From contig CAIWVW010000090.1 in the NCBI GenBank assembly GCA_903916255.1, positions 2,229-66,228 of the forward strand: a DNA stretch of 64,000 nucleotides, given 5' to 3'. The notes below the pieces were generated by a model, which did not search any database, was not told the origin of the DNA, and saw only the letters and a list, made by a program, of their open reading frames with translations. Origin of the DNA: an uncultured Bacteroidota bacterium (GTDB lineage Bacteria > Bacteroidota > Bacteroidia > JABEUT01). Numbering within the stretch: position 1 is the stretch's first letter; each line of letters starts with the position of its first letter. A program made the position numbers and the translations under genes. Of this stretch, positions 18,978-28,598 are shown one piece after another.

Positions 18978-19008
18978 GCCGTTTTTAGCCGTTATTTCCA
19001 TACAAATC
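18978..19008. repeat. Direct repeat copy 2 (gccgtttttagccgttatttccatacaaatc)
   Basis: Partner of 14615..14647. It lies about 110 bp downstream of the tRNA-Pro 3' end. Confidence 0.6.
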
Positions 19009-19058
19009 AGGTAAAAGGTGAAAGTAAAACAACTTTACAAACTTTTTACTTTCTACTC

Positions 19059-22007
19059 TTACATATCATCCAAATTTATTGTTGTGAGCCTTTCCATTTG
19101 GGTTACTTCTATATACATAAAATCAAACTCCTCTTTCACTATCCCTTTCAGCAGGTAGCATCCATTCCCCTGAAAGGGATATTGCTTGGCTGCCTGAGGG
19201 AAATGTACCGTATCGAGCCAGTCGCCATTGGTATCAATAAATGTTCCAAAATACATGCGGTCGCCTTTGGCGGTGCGGGTATATTTTACGGTTACCAAAT
19301 ACCCAACAATAGCAACAGGTTTACCGAGCATGGCAGGCAGTTCTTTCGCTGTTAAACTGCTGGGCAGTTTTTCCTGTATAAGGTTAAAGTAGGGGCAAAG
19401 CGGAAAGCCGAGCAACTCGATTTCATCAAAGGCATCGTCCTGCCATTTGTCGGTTAGTTCCGGCAACTTATATTTACGTGCGCCAACATCAAAAAGCTCT
19501 TTGGCCTGATAAGAAACTTTGGCGGGCTTCACCAGCGAGTAGGCTTCCCAAAGCAGTTCTTTTTTATTCTTCCCAATAAACTGAAAAGCGCCTGCCCTGA
19601 TTAATAAACGCAGTTGTTCTATAGAAACCGGAACACGTTTTACGAAATCATCCAGGTTTATAAACGGGCCATTCTGATGGCGTTCTGTAAGCAGGTTTTT
19701 AATAACGGATGCCTCCAGTTCTTTTATCATACTTAAGCCTAAATAAATGTGTTCGCCTGCTATTTCATAAACCGACGAACTGTTGTTTACGCATGGCGGA
19801 TGTATTTTAGCGCCATGCATACGGGCTTCATGAACATAGAGTTCTGTGCGGTAAAAACCGCCGCCGTTATTAAGGGTAGCCACCATATACTCCAGCGGAA
19901 AATAGGCTTTCAGGTAAAGCGCCTGAAAACTTTCCACCGCATAACTTGCCGAATGTCCCTTCGAAAAGGCATAATTGGCAAAACTTTCAATCTGGTTCCA
20001 GATATTGGAAATGGTTTCAGTGGAGTATCCTTTTTTTATACAGTTTTTGAAAAAGTTATCCTTTACCCTGTCGAATTCATTACGCTGCTTGAATTTCCAA
20101 GACATTCCCCGCCTCAGGTAATCTGCCTCAGCCAGAGATAAGTCTGCAAAAAAGTGGGCCACTTTAATCACATCCTCCTGGTAAACCATTACTCCGTAAG
20201 TTTCTTTCAGCAATGCATACAATTCCGGTATTTCGTTCATCGCCTTTTCCCTTGCTTTTTCATCACGGTAGCGCAAAATATATTCCCGCATCATTCCGCT
20301 TTTCGATACGCCCGGGCGAATGATGGAACTGGCAGCCACAAGGCGCAGGTAATCGTCAGCCCGGAGCTTGGCAAGCAACATGCGCATAGCCGGCGATTCA
20401 ATATAAAAACAGCCAATGCATTTGCCGAGTTTTAATAAATTCTGGACTTTTTTGTCGGTTTTAAATTTCTGTATGTCATGAATGTCGATACTAACACCTT
20501 TATTTTTCTTAATGATGGCAAGAGCGTCTTTTATTTTTCCCAGGCCCCGCTGGCTAAGGATATCGAATTTATAAAGCCCAATATCTTCGGCTTCCAACAT
20601 GCTGAACTGTGTGGTAGGATAGCCTTTGGGCGGCATGAAAGTTGCACTGTAACAGGTAATGGGTTCCTGTGAAATAAGTATGCCGCTGGAATGGATGCTT
20701 AAGTGATTGGGAAATCCCTGGATGAGTTTGCTGTAAGTCAGCACCAATTTGCCCAGTGTATCCGGTTTGTTGTTTTCATGCACCGATTGCAGTTTGTCGA
20801 TTTCTTCGGGTGGCAAACCAAACACTTTGCCCAGTTCTCTTATTACGGCATCGTGCTGATAGGTATTGTAAGAGCCCAGCAGGGCGGTGTTTTTATTGCC
20901 AAAGCGTTCAAAAATGTAGCGGGTAATATCATCACGGTCAGTCCATGAAAAATCAACGTCGAAATCGGGAGGGTTGCTGCGCGAAGGATTAATGAAGCGC
21001 TCGAAATATAAATCCAGTTCGATGGGGTCTACATCGGTTATTCTAAGCAGGTAAGCCACCATACTATTAGCACCGCTGCCCCTCCCCACATAATAGTAGT
21101 CTTTACTTTGGGCGTATTTTATAATATCCCAATTGATAAGAAAATAAGAAGCGAATTTCATTTGCGCTATTATCTCCAGTTCTTTTTCCATTCGTTTGAG
21201 CACCTCGTCCGATGGAATTTTGTAGCGGTATTTCAAACCCTCCTCACATTCTTTGCGGAGCAGTTTCAGGTCGCCTTGTAACGTACCTGTATAGTAGGTC
21301 AGGTTTTTATTTGAGAACTTTCCATATTCAAATTCAATATGACATGTATTTAATATTTTTTCTGTATTAGCCTGTATTACCGGATACCCGGAATAGGCCG
21401 CATAAAGTTCCTCTTTGCAGGGTATTGTTTCATCAAGCGTTGCTTGTTCATAGGCAGGCAGTTTGCTCAGCAGAGTATTCAGGCTGATGGCCCTGAGCAG
21501 GCGATGTGCATTAAAATGTTTTTTAGAAATAAAAGATAATGACTGAAGTGCAACCTGTTTTTCCGGTTGTAGTTTGGCAGGGGAGAAAGGCAGCCTTACA
21601 AGGTCTTTCAAGGAAACTCCTATAAATTCATTTCCTCTTAACTTCCATCCTTTATATGTCTGCAAAGGGTATATTATAAATGCATTTTTAAATATTGGAG
21701 CGATGGGCTCAAAATCTTTTTTGCTGTGCAGGTGTTCAGAAAGGTGAATGTTCAGTTCGTTGAAACCTTCATTATTATTTGCTATGCCAACATACTGCTG
21801 ACGGATACCATTCCGGAAATCGATTCCTAAAATGGGTTTTATTCCTTTTTCATTGGCCAGCCTAACCATATCTATGCAGGCGGATGTATTATTAATATCT
21901 GATAATACAAACGAAGTGTACCCCTTTCCTGCTATTTCAGCCAGCAATTCGTTTACCGACAGGGTTCCATAGCCGAAGCTGTAATAGGTATGGCAATTAA
22001 GAAGCAT
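19059..22007 (-). CDS. dnaE2: Error-prone DNA polymerase III alpha-subunit homolog (DnaE2/ImuC-like)
   Basis: 982 aa. N-terminal PHP domain MLLNCHTYYSFGYGTLSVNELL...SDINNTSACID. The core carries the pol III alpha fingers/palm. It is too short for replicative DnaE and sits directly downstream of a Y-family polymerase gene. Confidence 0.75.
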   Translation of the reverse strand: MLLNCHTYYSFGYGTLSVNELLAEIAGKGYTSFVLSDINNTSACIDMVRLANEKGIKPILGIDFRNGIRQQYVGIANNNEGFNELNIHLSEHLHSKKDFEPIAPIFKNAFIIYPLQTYKGWKLRGNEFIGVSLKDLVRLPFSPAKLQPEKQVALQSLSFISKKHFNAHRLLRAISLNTLLSKLPAYEQATLDETIPCKEELYAAYSGYPVIQANTEKILNTCHIEFEYGKFSNKNLTYYTGTLQGDLKLLRKECEEGLKYRYKIPSDEVLKRMEKELEIIAQMKFASYFLINWDIIKYAQSKDYYYVGRGSGANSMVAYLLRITDVDPIELDLYFERFINPSRSNPPDFDVDFSWTDRDDITRYIFERFGNKNTALLGSYNTYQHDAVIRELGKVFGLPPEEIDKLQSVHENNKPDTLGKLVLTYSKLIQGFPNHLSIHSSGILISQEPITCYSATFMPPKGYPTTQFSMLEAEDIGLYKFDILSQRGLGKIKDALAIIKKNKGVSIDIHDIQKFKTDKKVQNLLKLGKCIGCFYIESPAMRMLLAKLRADDYLRLVAASSIIRPGVSKSGMMREYILRYRDEKAREKAMNEIPELYALLKETYGVMVYQEDVIKVAHFFADLSLAEADYLRRGMSWKFKQRNEFDRVKDNFFKNCIKKGYSTETISNIWNQIESFANYAFSKGHSASYAVESFQALYLKAYFPLEYMVATLNNGGGFYRTELYVHEARMHGAKIHPPCVNNSSSVYEIAGEHIYLGLSMIKELEASVIKNLLTERHQNGPFINLDDFVKRVPVSIEQLRLLIRAGAFQFIGKNKKELLWEAYSLVKPAKVSYQAKELFDVGARKYKLPELTDKWQDDAFDEIELLGFPLCPYFNLIQEKLPSSLTAKELPAMLGKPVAIVGYLVTVKYTRTAKGDRMYFGTFIDTNGDWLDTVHFPQAAKQYPFQGNGCYLLKGIVKEEFDFMYIEVTQMERLTTINLDDM

Positions 22008-22016
22008 GGAATAGCT

Positions 22017-23204
22017 TTAGGTTGTTCGCCCGTTAAAGGGATTAAAATCTCCGCGTTGCGATATTTTCATACCCACGGCTCGTTTCACAATATCGCGCCC
22101 GTAGCGGTTGCGCAACTTATCCATGGCCTGATAGAGCTGTATCTGCTCGGCCGTATCGTTAAAAATATCAAACTGGTAATTGCCATGCACCAAATGGCTG
22201 AAACGGATTCCGATAAGGCGGATGAGCATACGTTTCTGGTAAAGTTTGTCGAACAACTCTTTCACTTTATCGATAAGCGTATGGTCGAGCGAGGTATATC
22301 CAATACGCGACTGCATAGTGTAGGTGTTAAAATCTGAATAGCGTATTTTTACCGTTACACAGGATGTTAGTTTCTGTTCGCTACGCAATTGAAAGGCCAG
22401 TTTTTCGGTCATGCTTACCAGCATCGCTTTCAGGTAAGTCACATCTATTGTGTCTTTGTCAAAAGTGTTTTCCGTTGAGATAGATTTACGTTCGCTGTAT
22501 TGTTCCACAGGGCTGTTATCAATACCATTTGCCTTTTTCCATATTAATATACCATTTTCTCCCAGCACTCTTTCCATTAGTTCTATGGGCATGTCCTGCA
22601 TGGTCTTTACTTTTTCTATTCCCATGCTCCGCAGTATATGGTATGTTTTATCACCTACCATTGGTATCTTTTTAACCGACAGCGGAGCCAGAAATCCTTT
22701 TTCCGTTCCCGAACGAATTTCCTTTTGTCCATTGGGTTTGGCTTCTCCTGTGCCTACTTTGGCAACCGTTTTGTTGGTGGATAATGCAAATGAAATGGGC
22801 AGCCCCGTCTCTTTAATGATATTTTTCCGCAGTTCGGTGGCGAGTTTATAGCTGCCAAAAAAGCGTTCCATGCCCGTGAGGTCCATATAAAACTCATCAA
22901 TAGATGTTTTTTCATAAACAGGAACAGTTTCCTTTATAATTTCCGTAACCGTGTCTGAGTATTTGGTATATTGTTCATAGTCGCCCCGCACTATTATCGC
23001 ATGTGGGCAAAGCTGCCTTGCCATGCGCATAGGCATAGCCGAATGGATACCGAACCTGCGGGCCTCATAACTACAAGAAGCTACCACCCCCCGGTCGCTT
23101 GTGCCGCCCACTAATACAGGTTTCCCTAGTAAGGAGCTGTTGTGCAGCCGCTCTACCGATACGAAAAAAGTATCCATATCCATGTGTACAATCGTCCTTT
23201 CCAT
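22017..23204 (-). CDS. dinB: Y-family DNA polymerase (DinB/Pol IV-like, catalytic residues intact)
   Basis: MERTIVHMDMDTFFVSVE carries the catalytic DMD..F.SVE motif. SCSYEARRFGI and GIG..SHL motifs are present. It lies 9 bp upstream of dnaE2, so the two form a cassette. Confidence 0.75.
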   Translation of the reverse strand: MERTIVHMDMDTFFVSVERLHNSSLLGKPVLVGGTSDRGVVASCSYEARRFGIHSAMPMRMARQLCPHAIIVRGDYEQYTKYSDTVTEIIKETVPVYEKTSIDEFYMDLTGMERFFGSYKLATELRKNIIKETGLPISFALSTNKTVAKVGTGEAKPNGQKEIRSGTEKGFLAPLSVKKIPMVGDKTYHILRSMGIEKVKTMQDMPIELMERVLGENGILIWKKANGIDNSPVEQYSERKSISTENTFDKDTIDVTYLKAMLVSMTEKLAFQLRSEQKLTSCVTVKIRYSDFNTYTMQSRIGYTSLDHTLIDKVKELFDKLYQKRMLIRLIGIRFSHLVHGNYQFDIFNDTAEQIQLYQAMDKLRNRYGRDIVKRAVGMKISQRGDFNPFNGRTT

Positions 23205-23222
23205 TGTTAGGTTAAACAGGGC

Positions 23223-23234
23223 CTGTTTCTACAG
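23223..23234. promoter_or_regulatory. CTGT-N4-ACAG dyad (ctgtttctacag) about 20 bp upstream of the dinB start; candidate repressor operator
   Basis: Seen in sequence. The outer arms match the E. coli-type LexA half-sites, but the spacer is 4 rather than 8. Confidence 0.2.
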
Positions 23235-23363
23235 GTGATTTTTATCTTTACAAAGTTACATTGTAGGGGAACTTGACTTGGCTATAAAATGTAGTTTTCC
23301 GCCTCATTAAAGTTTTATCTACTTTTGTGCGTCTTTGTTAAAATTACGAGTTTCTAAAAGTAT

Positions 23364-25814
23364 ATGCGCATTTCCCTGTTTTCTTTGTTATTGGTTCTTT
23401 TAGGATGTCGTGCGTATTCACAAGATTTTAAAGTTTCGGGTTATATAAAAGATGCGGTAACGGGTCAAACTATTCCCGGTGTAAGCGTATATACAGATGA
23501 ATCTCAGCAGGGCGCATCTACCGACGTTAATGGGTTTTACAGTTTCACCATCCCTGCCGGAAATTACCATTTGCATGTTTCCCTGCTCAGCTATCGCGAT
23601 ACCATTATACCCATTAAGGTTTCGGCCAATATTCGTATGAATGTAAGCATAGCTTCATCTGCCGTAAATGCACAGGAGGTTAAAGTTACCGCCGACCGCC
23701 CCGATAAAAACGTTACCAGTTCGCAAATGGGCGCCATTAAATTAGAAACAAAAGACCTCAAAACCATTCCGGTATTTTTTGGCGAGCCTGATATTTTAAA
23801 AGTCATTCAGCTTTTACCGGGTGTTATGAGCGGTGGCGATGCCAACACGGGCTTTTATGTGCGTGGCGGAGGCCCCGATGAAAACCTTGTGTTGCTTGAT
23901 GGAGCCACTGTTTATAATGCAGGCCATTTGCTTGGTTTCTTCTCTATCTTTAATTCAGATGCATTAAGTAGTGTGGAGCTTACCAAAGGCAATATGCCCG
24001 CTAATTTTGGCGGACGCATTTCTTCGGTTCTCGACATTCAATCGAAGGACGGAGATATGGACCAATTGCACGTTAATGGGGGTATTGGCCTTATCGCATC
24101 GCATGTAACCATTCAAGGGCCCATTAAAAAGGATACCGCTTCATACATATTTTCCTTCCGCCGCACCTACCTGGATGCTTTTCTTCGTCCGCCCATTATA
24201 AATACCAGTTCGCCGTTTTACGGAACCAAGTATTATTTCTACGACCTGAACGGTAAAATAAATTGGAACCTTTCTAAAAAAGACCAGTTGTCTGTAAGCG
24301 GTTACTTCGGTCAGGACGTATTTACCTTTGCCGATGCCACTGCCGGTTTCGGCGCACAGGTTCCCTGGGGGAACGGAATAGCCGCCATCAACTGGAACCA
24401 CATTTACAGCGATAAGGTTATTTCCAATCTTTCATTGGATTATACCGATTATAATTTCAAATTCAGCGGAAGCGAATCGGGATTTACATTCTCATTATTC
24501 TCTGGAATACATGACTATCATGCCAAGTACAATTACAACTATAATCCCACCAAAAAACATGAGATTAAATTTGGCGTTGAATATACCCTGCATGTATTTA
24601 TTCCAAGCGAAATCTCTGCGCAGGAACAGAGTGTTAATTTCAACCTGAACAGCGTTCAAAGGTTATATGGAAACGAAGGTGGCGTTTATATTACCGATGC
24701 ATTCGAGCTGAGCGACCGCATTAAAATAGAAGGTGGTTTGCGTTATTCCATTTTCCAGCAAATAGGCCCGTTCGACAGGTATAACCAAAATAATCAGGGG
24801 GTTAATATCGATACCATTCATTACAAAACATTTCAGAATGTAGCACTGTATGGTGGCCTTGAGCCACGTATTTCATTCCGTTATAAATTAAACGGCGAGT
24901 CCTCTATAAAATTAGGGTATAGCCGCAATATGCAATACATACACCTGGCATCTATCAGTTCAGTTTCATTACCGACCGATATTTGGTTTCCCAGCACATC
25001 TATTGTGCAGCCAACTTATGGCGACCAATATGCTTTGGGGTATTATCATAACTTTATGGATAATCTTTATGAGTCCTCTGTAGAGACCTATTATAAAGAT
25101 ATGCGCAACCTGATTGAATATAAAAACGGGGTAACGCCTGATGAAAACTCCTCTACCAACCCTGATGAAAACTTCACCTTTGGCAGCGGGCAAGCGTATG
25201 GGTTCGAGTTCTTCCTGAAGAAAAAAGCCGGAAAGTTTAACGGTTGGATAGGATATACCTTATCATGGACCACTGAAACCTTTGCCGACCTGAATAACGG
25301 ACAAACATTTTATGCCAAGTATGACCGCCGTAATGATATTTCCGCTGTTGCGAATTATGAACTGAATGACCGCTGGACATTTTCATCCGTATTTGTTTTT
25401 GCCAGCGGCGAAGCCTTAACTATGCCCTCGGGCTGGTATATAATAGAAGGTAATTTAGTAGAGCAATACACCAGTGTAAATGGCTACCGGTTGGCTCCTT
25501 ACGACAGGCTTGATTTGGCAGCTACCCTTACTCCCGACCATCAAAAGCACCTTGCAAAACGCCAACAAAGGATTGAAAACCGTATGCAAAAGAAGGGTAT
25601 AGACACTCCTTATGTGGACCACCGCCCCAAATGGATGAAAAATTTTAAAACAAGTTGGACTTTCTCCGTCTATAATGTATATAACCGCTATAATCCTTAT
25701 TTCATTTATTTCGACATACAGGGTAGTGTATATAATAACACATTATCAATACAGGCCAAGCAAGTTTCACTTTTCCCGGTACTTCCATCCGTAATGTGGA
25801 ACTTCAATTTTTAA
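23364..25814 (+). CDS. TonB-dependent receptor (CarbopepD_reg + plug + beta-barrel)
   Basis: Signal peptide. Carboxypeptidase-regulatory-like domain VSGYIKDAVTGQTIPGVSVY...DVNGFYSF. Plug region DLKTIPVFFGEPDILKVIQLLPGVMSG...YVRGGGPDENLVLLDGATVYN. The C-terminus ends in aromatic F. Confidence 0.8.
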   Translation: MRISLFSLLLVLLGCRAYSQDFKVSGYIKDAVTGQTIPGVSVYTDESQQGASTDVNGFYSFTIPAGNYHLHVSLLSYRDTIIPIKVSANIRMNVSIASSAVNAQEVKVTADRPDKNVTSSQMGAIKLETKDLKTIPVFFGEPDILKVIQLLPGVMSGGDANTGFYVRGGGPDENLVLLDGATVYNAGHLLGFFSIFNSDALSSVELTKGNMPANFGGRISSVLDIQSKDGDMDQLHVNGGIGLIASHVTIQGPIKKDTASYIFSFRRTYLDAFLRPPIINTSSPFYGTKYYFYDLNGKINWNLSKKDQLSVSGYFGQDVFTFADATAGFGAQVPWGNGIAAINWNHIYSDKVISNLSLDYTDYNFKFSGSESGFTFSLFSGIHDYHAKYNYNYNPTKKHEIKFGVEYTLHVFIPSEISAQEQSVNFNLNSVQRLYGNEGGVYITDAFELSDRIKIEGGLRYSIFQQIGPFDRYNQNNQGVNIDTIHYKTFQNVALYGGLEPRISFRYKLNGESSIKLGYSRNMQYIHLASISSVSLPTDIWFPSTSIVQPTYGDQYALGYYHNFMDNLYESSVETYYKDMRNLIEYKNGVTPDENSSTNPDENFTFGSGQAYGFEFFLKKKAGKFNGWIGYTLSWTTETFADLNNGQTFYAKYDRRNDISAVANYELNDRWTFSSVFVFASGEALTMPSGWYIIEGNLVEQYTSVNGYRLAPYDRLDLAATLTPDHQKHLAKRQQRIENRMQKKGIDTPYVDHRPKWMKNFKTSWTFSVYNVYNRYNPYFIYFDIQGSVYNNTLSIQAKQVSLFPVLPSVMWNFNF

Positions 25815-26680
25815 CGAGCATGAAGAGCAGTTATATATATATAATAGGCTTTATAGGTGCACTAATGATGGCCGGTTGCGAAAAGAACGTTACGCTTAAT
25901 TTGCCTCAGCCCGCTTCACAACTATGTGTGGATGGCTATGTGCAACCGAATTATCCGGCCTACTTATTCCTTACCCATAATTTTGCCTTTTTCGGTACCA
26001 TTTCAGCGGGCAGCATCTATAACAATGATTTAATTCATGGAGCAGTTATAACCGTTAATGACGGTGTAACCACCGATACCATGATTGAAGCAATTCCGTC
26101 GCTTGCGCTTTATGCTACCCCGCACATGCGTGGCGTGAGCGGCAGAACCTATAGCCTCACGGTGAAAGCGCAGGGTCAAACGCTTACTGCCTCTACCAGC
26201 ATATTGCCCGCTATACCGTTAGATTCGGCATGGTTTCAGGTTCAACCCGGGCTTGATTCGCTCGGTTATTTGTGGGCCATACTTCATGACCCGCCTACGC
26301 CCGGAAATTGTTATCGCTGGCTGGTGGAAAGGATAGGGCAGGACACCGCATTTATTCCACCCTACGAATCAGTTTTTAATGATGCGTTTATCAATGGACA
26401 GAGTTTTGAGTTTTTTTATAATCGTGGCAGCTGGCCGGGGTCGAAAGCCAAGGATGATACCGATGCCGAAGCCGGATATTTTAAAAAAGGAGAGACTTGT
26501 GTAATTGAATTTTGCACCATCAGCAATGCATCCTACCAATTTTTTAACCAGTATTATTATCAGTTAAACAATGTTGGCAACCCCTTTGGCTCACCTGCAC
26601 CTGTAACGGGTAACATTAATGGCGGTCTTGGCATTTGGTGTGGGTATGGCACGGCATTTGATACTGTACATTGCCATTGA
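25796..26680 (+). CDS. DUF4249-like lipoprotein, the companion of SusD-less TonB receptors
   Basis: Lipobox ...MMAGCEKN with LNLPQP immediately after. It directly overlaps the end of the TonB receptor gene. The likely start is the internal MKSSYIY. Confidence 0.45.
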   Translation: MELQFLTSMKSSYIYIIGFIGALMMAGCEKNVTLNLPQPASQLCVDGYVQPNYPAYLFLTHNFAFFGTISAGSIYNNDLIHGAVITVNDGVTTDTMIEAIPSLALYATPHMRGVSGRTYSLTVKAQGQTLTASTSILPAIPLDSAWFQVQPGLDSLGYLWAILHDPPTPGNCYRWLVERIGQDTAFIPPYESVFNDAFINGQSFEFFYNRGSWPGSKAKDDTDAEAGYFKKGETCVIEFCTISNASYQFFNQYYYQLNNVGNPFGSPAPVTGNINGGLGIWCGYGTAFDTVHCH

Positions 26681-26761
26681 GTTAGAATAAATCATCTCCC
26701 GTTAAATTCAATTAGATTAATTTCGCACCCTTAAAATGAATATCCAATTTTTAAATAGAAT

Positions 26762-27703
26762 ATGACTACAAACGAAAAGAAAAAATGCCTGATTATCGGT
26801 TCCGGCCCTGCCGGATATACCGCCGCTATATATGCTGCCCGCGCTGATATGCAACCTGTGATGGTTGCCGGTTTGCAACCCGGTGGACAATTAACCATCA
26901 CTACTGATGTCGAAAATTACCCCGGTTATCCGGATGGAATACAGGGGCCTGAAATGATGGAGCATTTCCGCAAGCAGGCTGCCCGTTTCGGTACCGATAT
27001 TCGCTGGTCTTATGTCAGTTCGGTTGACTTTTCCAAGGCTCCGTTTAAAGTGGTGGTAGAAGAAAAGGAAACGATTCTGGCTGATTCAGTAATTATAGCC
27101 ACAGGCGCATCTGCCAAATGGATTGGGTTGCCTTCGGAACAGCGCTTAAATGGATTTGGCGTTTCTGCATGCGCCGTGTGTGACGGATACTTTTTCCGCA
27201 AACAAGATGTAGCTATTGTCGGGGGCGGGGATACAGCTGCTGAAGAAGCTACATATCTGGCTAAGCTTTGTAACAAAGTATATATGATTGTGCGTAAGAA
27301 TGAGCTCAGAGCCTCAAAAGCAATGCAGCACAGAGTATTTAACACCCCTAACATCGAAGTCCTGTTTAATACGGAAACGCTTGAAATTTTAGGCGAAAAG
27401 AGTGTTACAGGTGCAGCTGTGGTTAATACCCTTACCAAAGAAGAACGCATTTTGAATGTTACCGGATTTTTTGTTGCCATTGGCCACCAACCCAATACCG
27501 ATATTTTTAAAGGTTGGATTGATATGGATGAACAAGGCTACCTGAAAACCATTCCGGGAACTGCTAAAACCAATATTCCCGGTGTTTTTGCCTGTGGCGA
27601 TGCACAGGATAAGAACTACCGCCAGGCTGTAACTGCGGCAGGCAGCGGCTGCATGGCTGCCATTGATGCAGAGCGTTACCTGGCCCATATGGGATTACAT
27701 TAA
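26762..27703 (+). CDS. trxB: Thioredoxin-disulfide reductase
   Basis: GSGPAGYTAAIYAARA FAD motif, redox-active CAVCDG, and GGGDTAAEEA NADPH motif. 313 aa. Confidence 0.9.
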   Translation: MTTNEKKKCLIIGSGPAGYTAAIYAARADMQPVMVAGLQPGGQLTITTDVENYPGYPDGIQGPEMMEHFRKQAARFGTDIRWSYVSSVDFSKAPFKVVVEEKETILADSVIIATGASAKWIGLPSEQRLNGFGVSACAVCDGYFFRKQDVAIVGGGDTAAEEATYLAKLCNKVYMIVRKNELRASKAMQHRVFNTPNIEVLFNTETLEILGEKSVTGAAVVNTLTKEERILNVTGFFVAIGHQPNTDIFKGWIDMDEQGYLKTIPGTAKTNIPGVFACGDAQDKNYRQAVTAAGSGCMAAIDAERYLAHMGLH

Positions 27704-27716
27704 TTTTAAATGAAAA

Positions 27717-28499
27717 ATGAACAGTGAGAAACGAAAAATAAAATACTATTATTCTAAGTTTTTCACTTTTCATTTTTCGCTTTTCATTTGTTTTTTCTGG
27801 TCCTCGCTAAACTGTGTTACCGGGCAAACCTTAGGTGCGGTTGTATATACCTTTGCACAGGTAAACGATTCAGCGTTTGGTATTCAGTTTTACGATAAGT
27901 ACAACCCAAAATTAGGCGGTGATTCTACCCGCAAATATTTTGACGGGCATCTATGCAATGGCTTGATTGAGGACCATTATGCTGATGGTACTATCCTGCA
28001 CAAAGGATATTATACGGATGGCAAACTTACCCAATACACCAATTATTATCCCGATGGAGTAGTGGAAAGGATATTCAGGCCTACATCTGACAGGAAAGAT
28101 GAATTGAAAAAGTATTATGAAAGTAAAACGCTCAAATCGGATGTTCAATATTATGACGGCAATTCTACTTTATGGCAGGATTATTACGATAGCGGACAAC
28201 TCTCTTATGTAGAAGAATACGATAAAAAACATGAGCGTGTGCTGAGAAGGTGCTCCTACTACAAAGATGGAAAACCGCTCTCTGTTTTTGTCCCATCCGT
28301 AACCCAGGGTGATATAATACGCTATAGCCTGAAAGAATATTTCCCAAACGGGCAACTGCAGGAAGAATCGGAAGCGCTTTACAGCAAAGACTCCTTTGAC
28401 TTTTTTAAAGATGGGGATGATAAGCAATATAATGACAAAGGCAATTTGGTTGCAGAATATGAGTATGTGGGCGGTAAATTGAATAATACTATCAAATAA
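27717..28499 (+). CDS. Hypothetical secreted protein with MORN/YwqK-like repeats
   Basis: Repeated Y-x-D/N-G-x-L motifs (YYTDGKLTQYTNYYPDGVVE, YYDSGQLSYVEEYDKK, YYKDGKPL) resemble the MORN-variant repeats of YwqK-family proteins. Confidence 0.3.
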   Translation: MNSEKRKIKYYYSKFFTFHFSLFICFFWSSLNCVTGQTLGAVVYTFAQVNDSAFGIQFYDKYNPKLGGDSTRKYFDGHLCNGLIEDHYADGTILHKGYYTDGKLTQYTNYYPDGVVERIFRPTSDRKDELKKYYESKTLKSDVQYYDGNSTLWQDYYDSGQLSYVEEYDKKHERVLRRCSYYKDGKPLSVFVPSVTQGDIIRYSLKEYFPNGQLQEESEALYSKDSFDFFKDGDDKQYNDKGNLVAEYEYVGGKLNNTIK

Positions 28500-28514
28500 A
28501 TTCAAAAAGCAATT

Positions 28515-28569
28515 GCCACAGATTTCACAGATGGAAAACAAATATTTTTTAATCTGTGAAATCTGTGGC
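28515..28569. promoter_or_regulatory. 18-bp perfect inverted repeat (gccacagatttcacagat ... atctgtgaaatctgtggc) with a 19-nt spacer; a third half-site cctgtggca overlaps the mpg GTG start
   Basis: Seen directly. It lies between the MORN-like gene stop and the mpg start. It could act as a terminator or an operator. Confidence 0.45.
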
Positions 28570-28598
28570 ATCTTTGCATTTGGAAAACAAATTAACCT

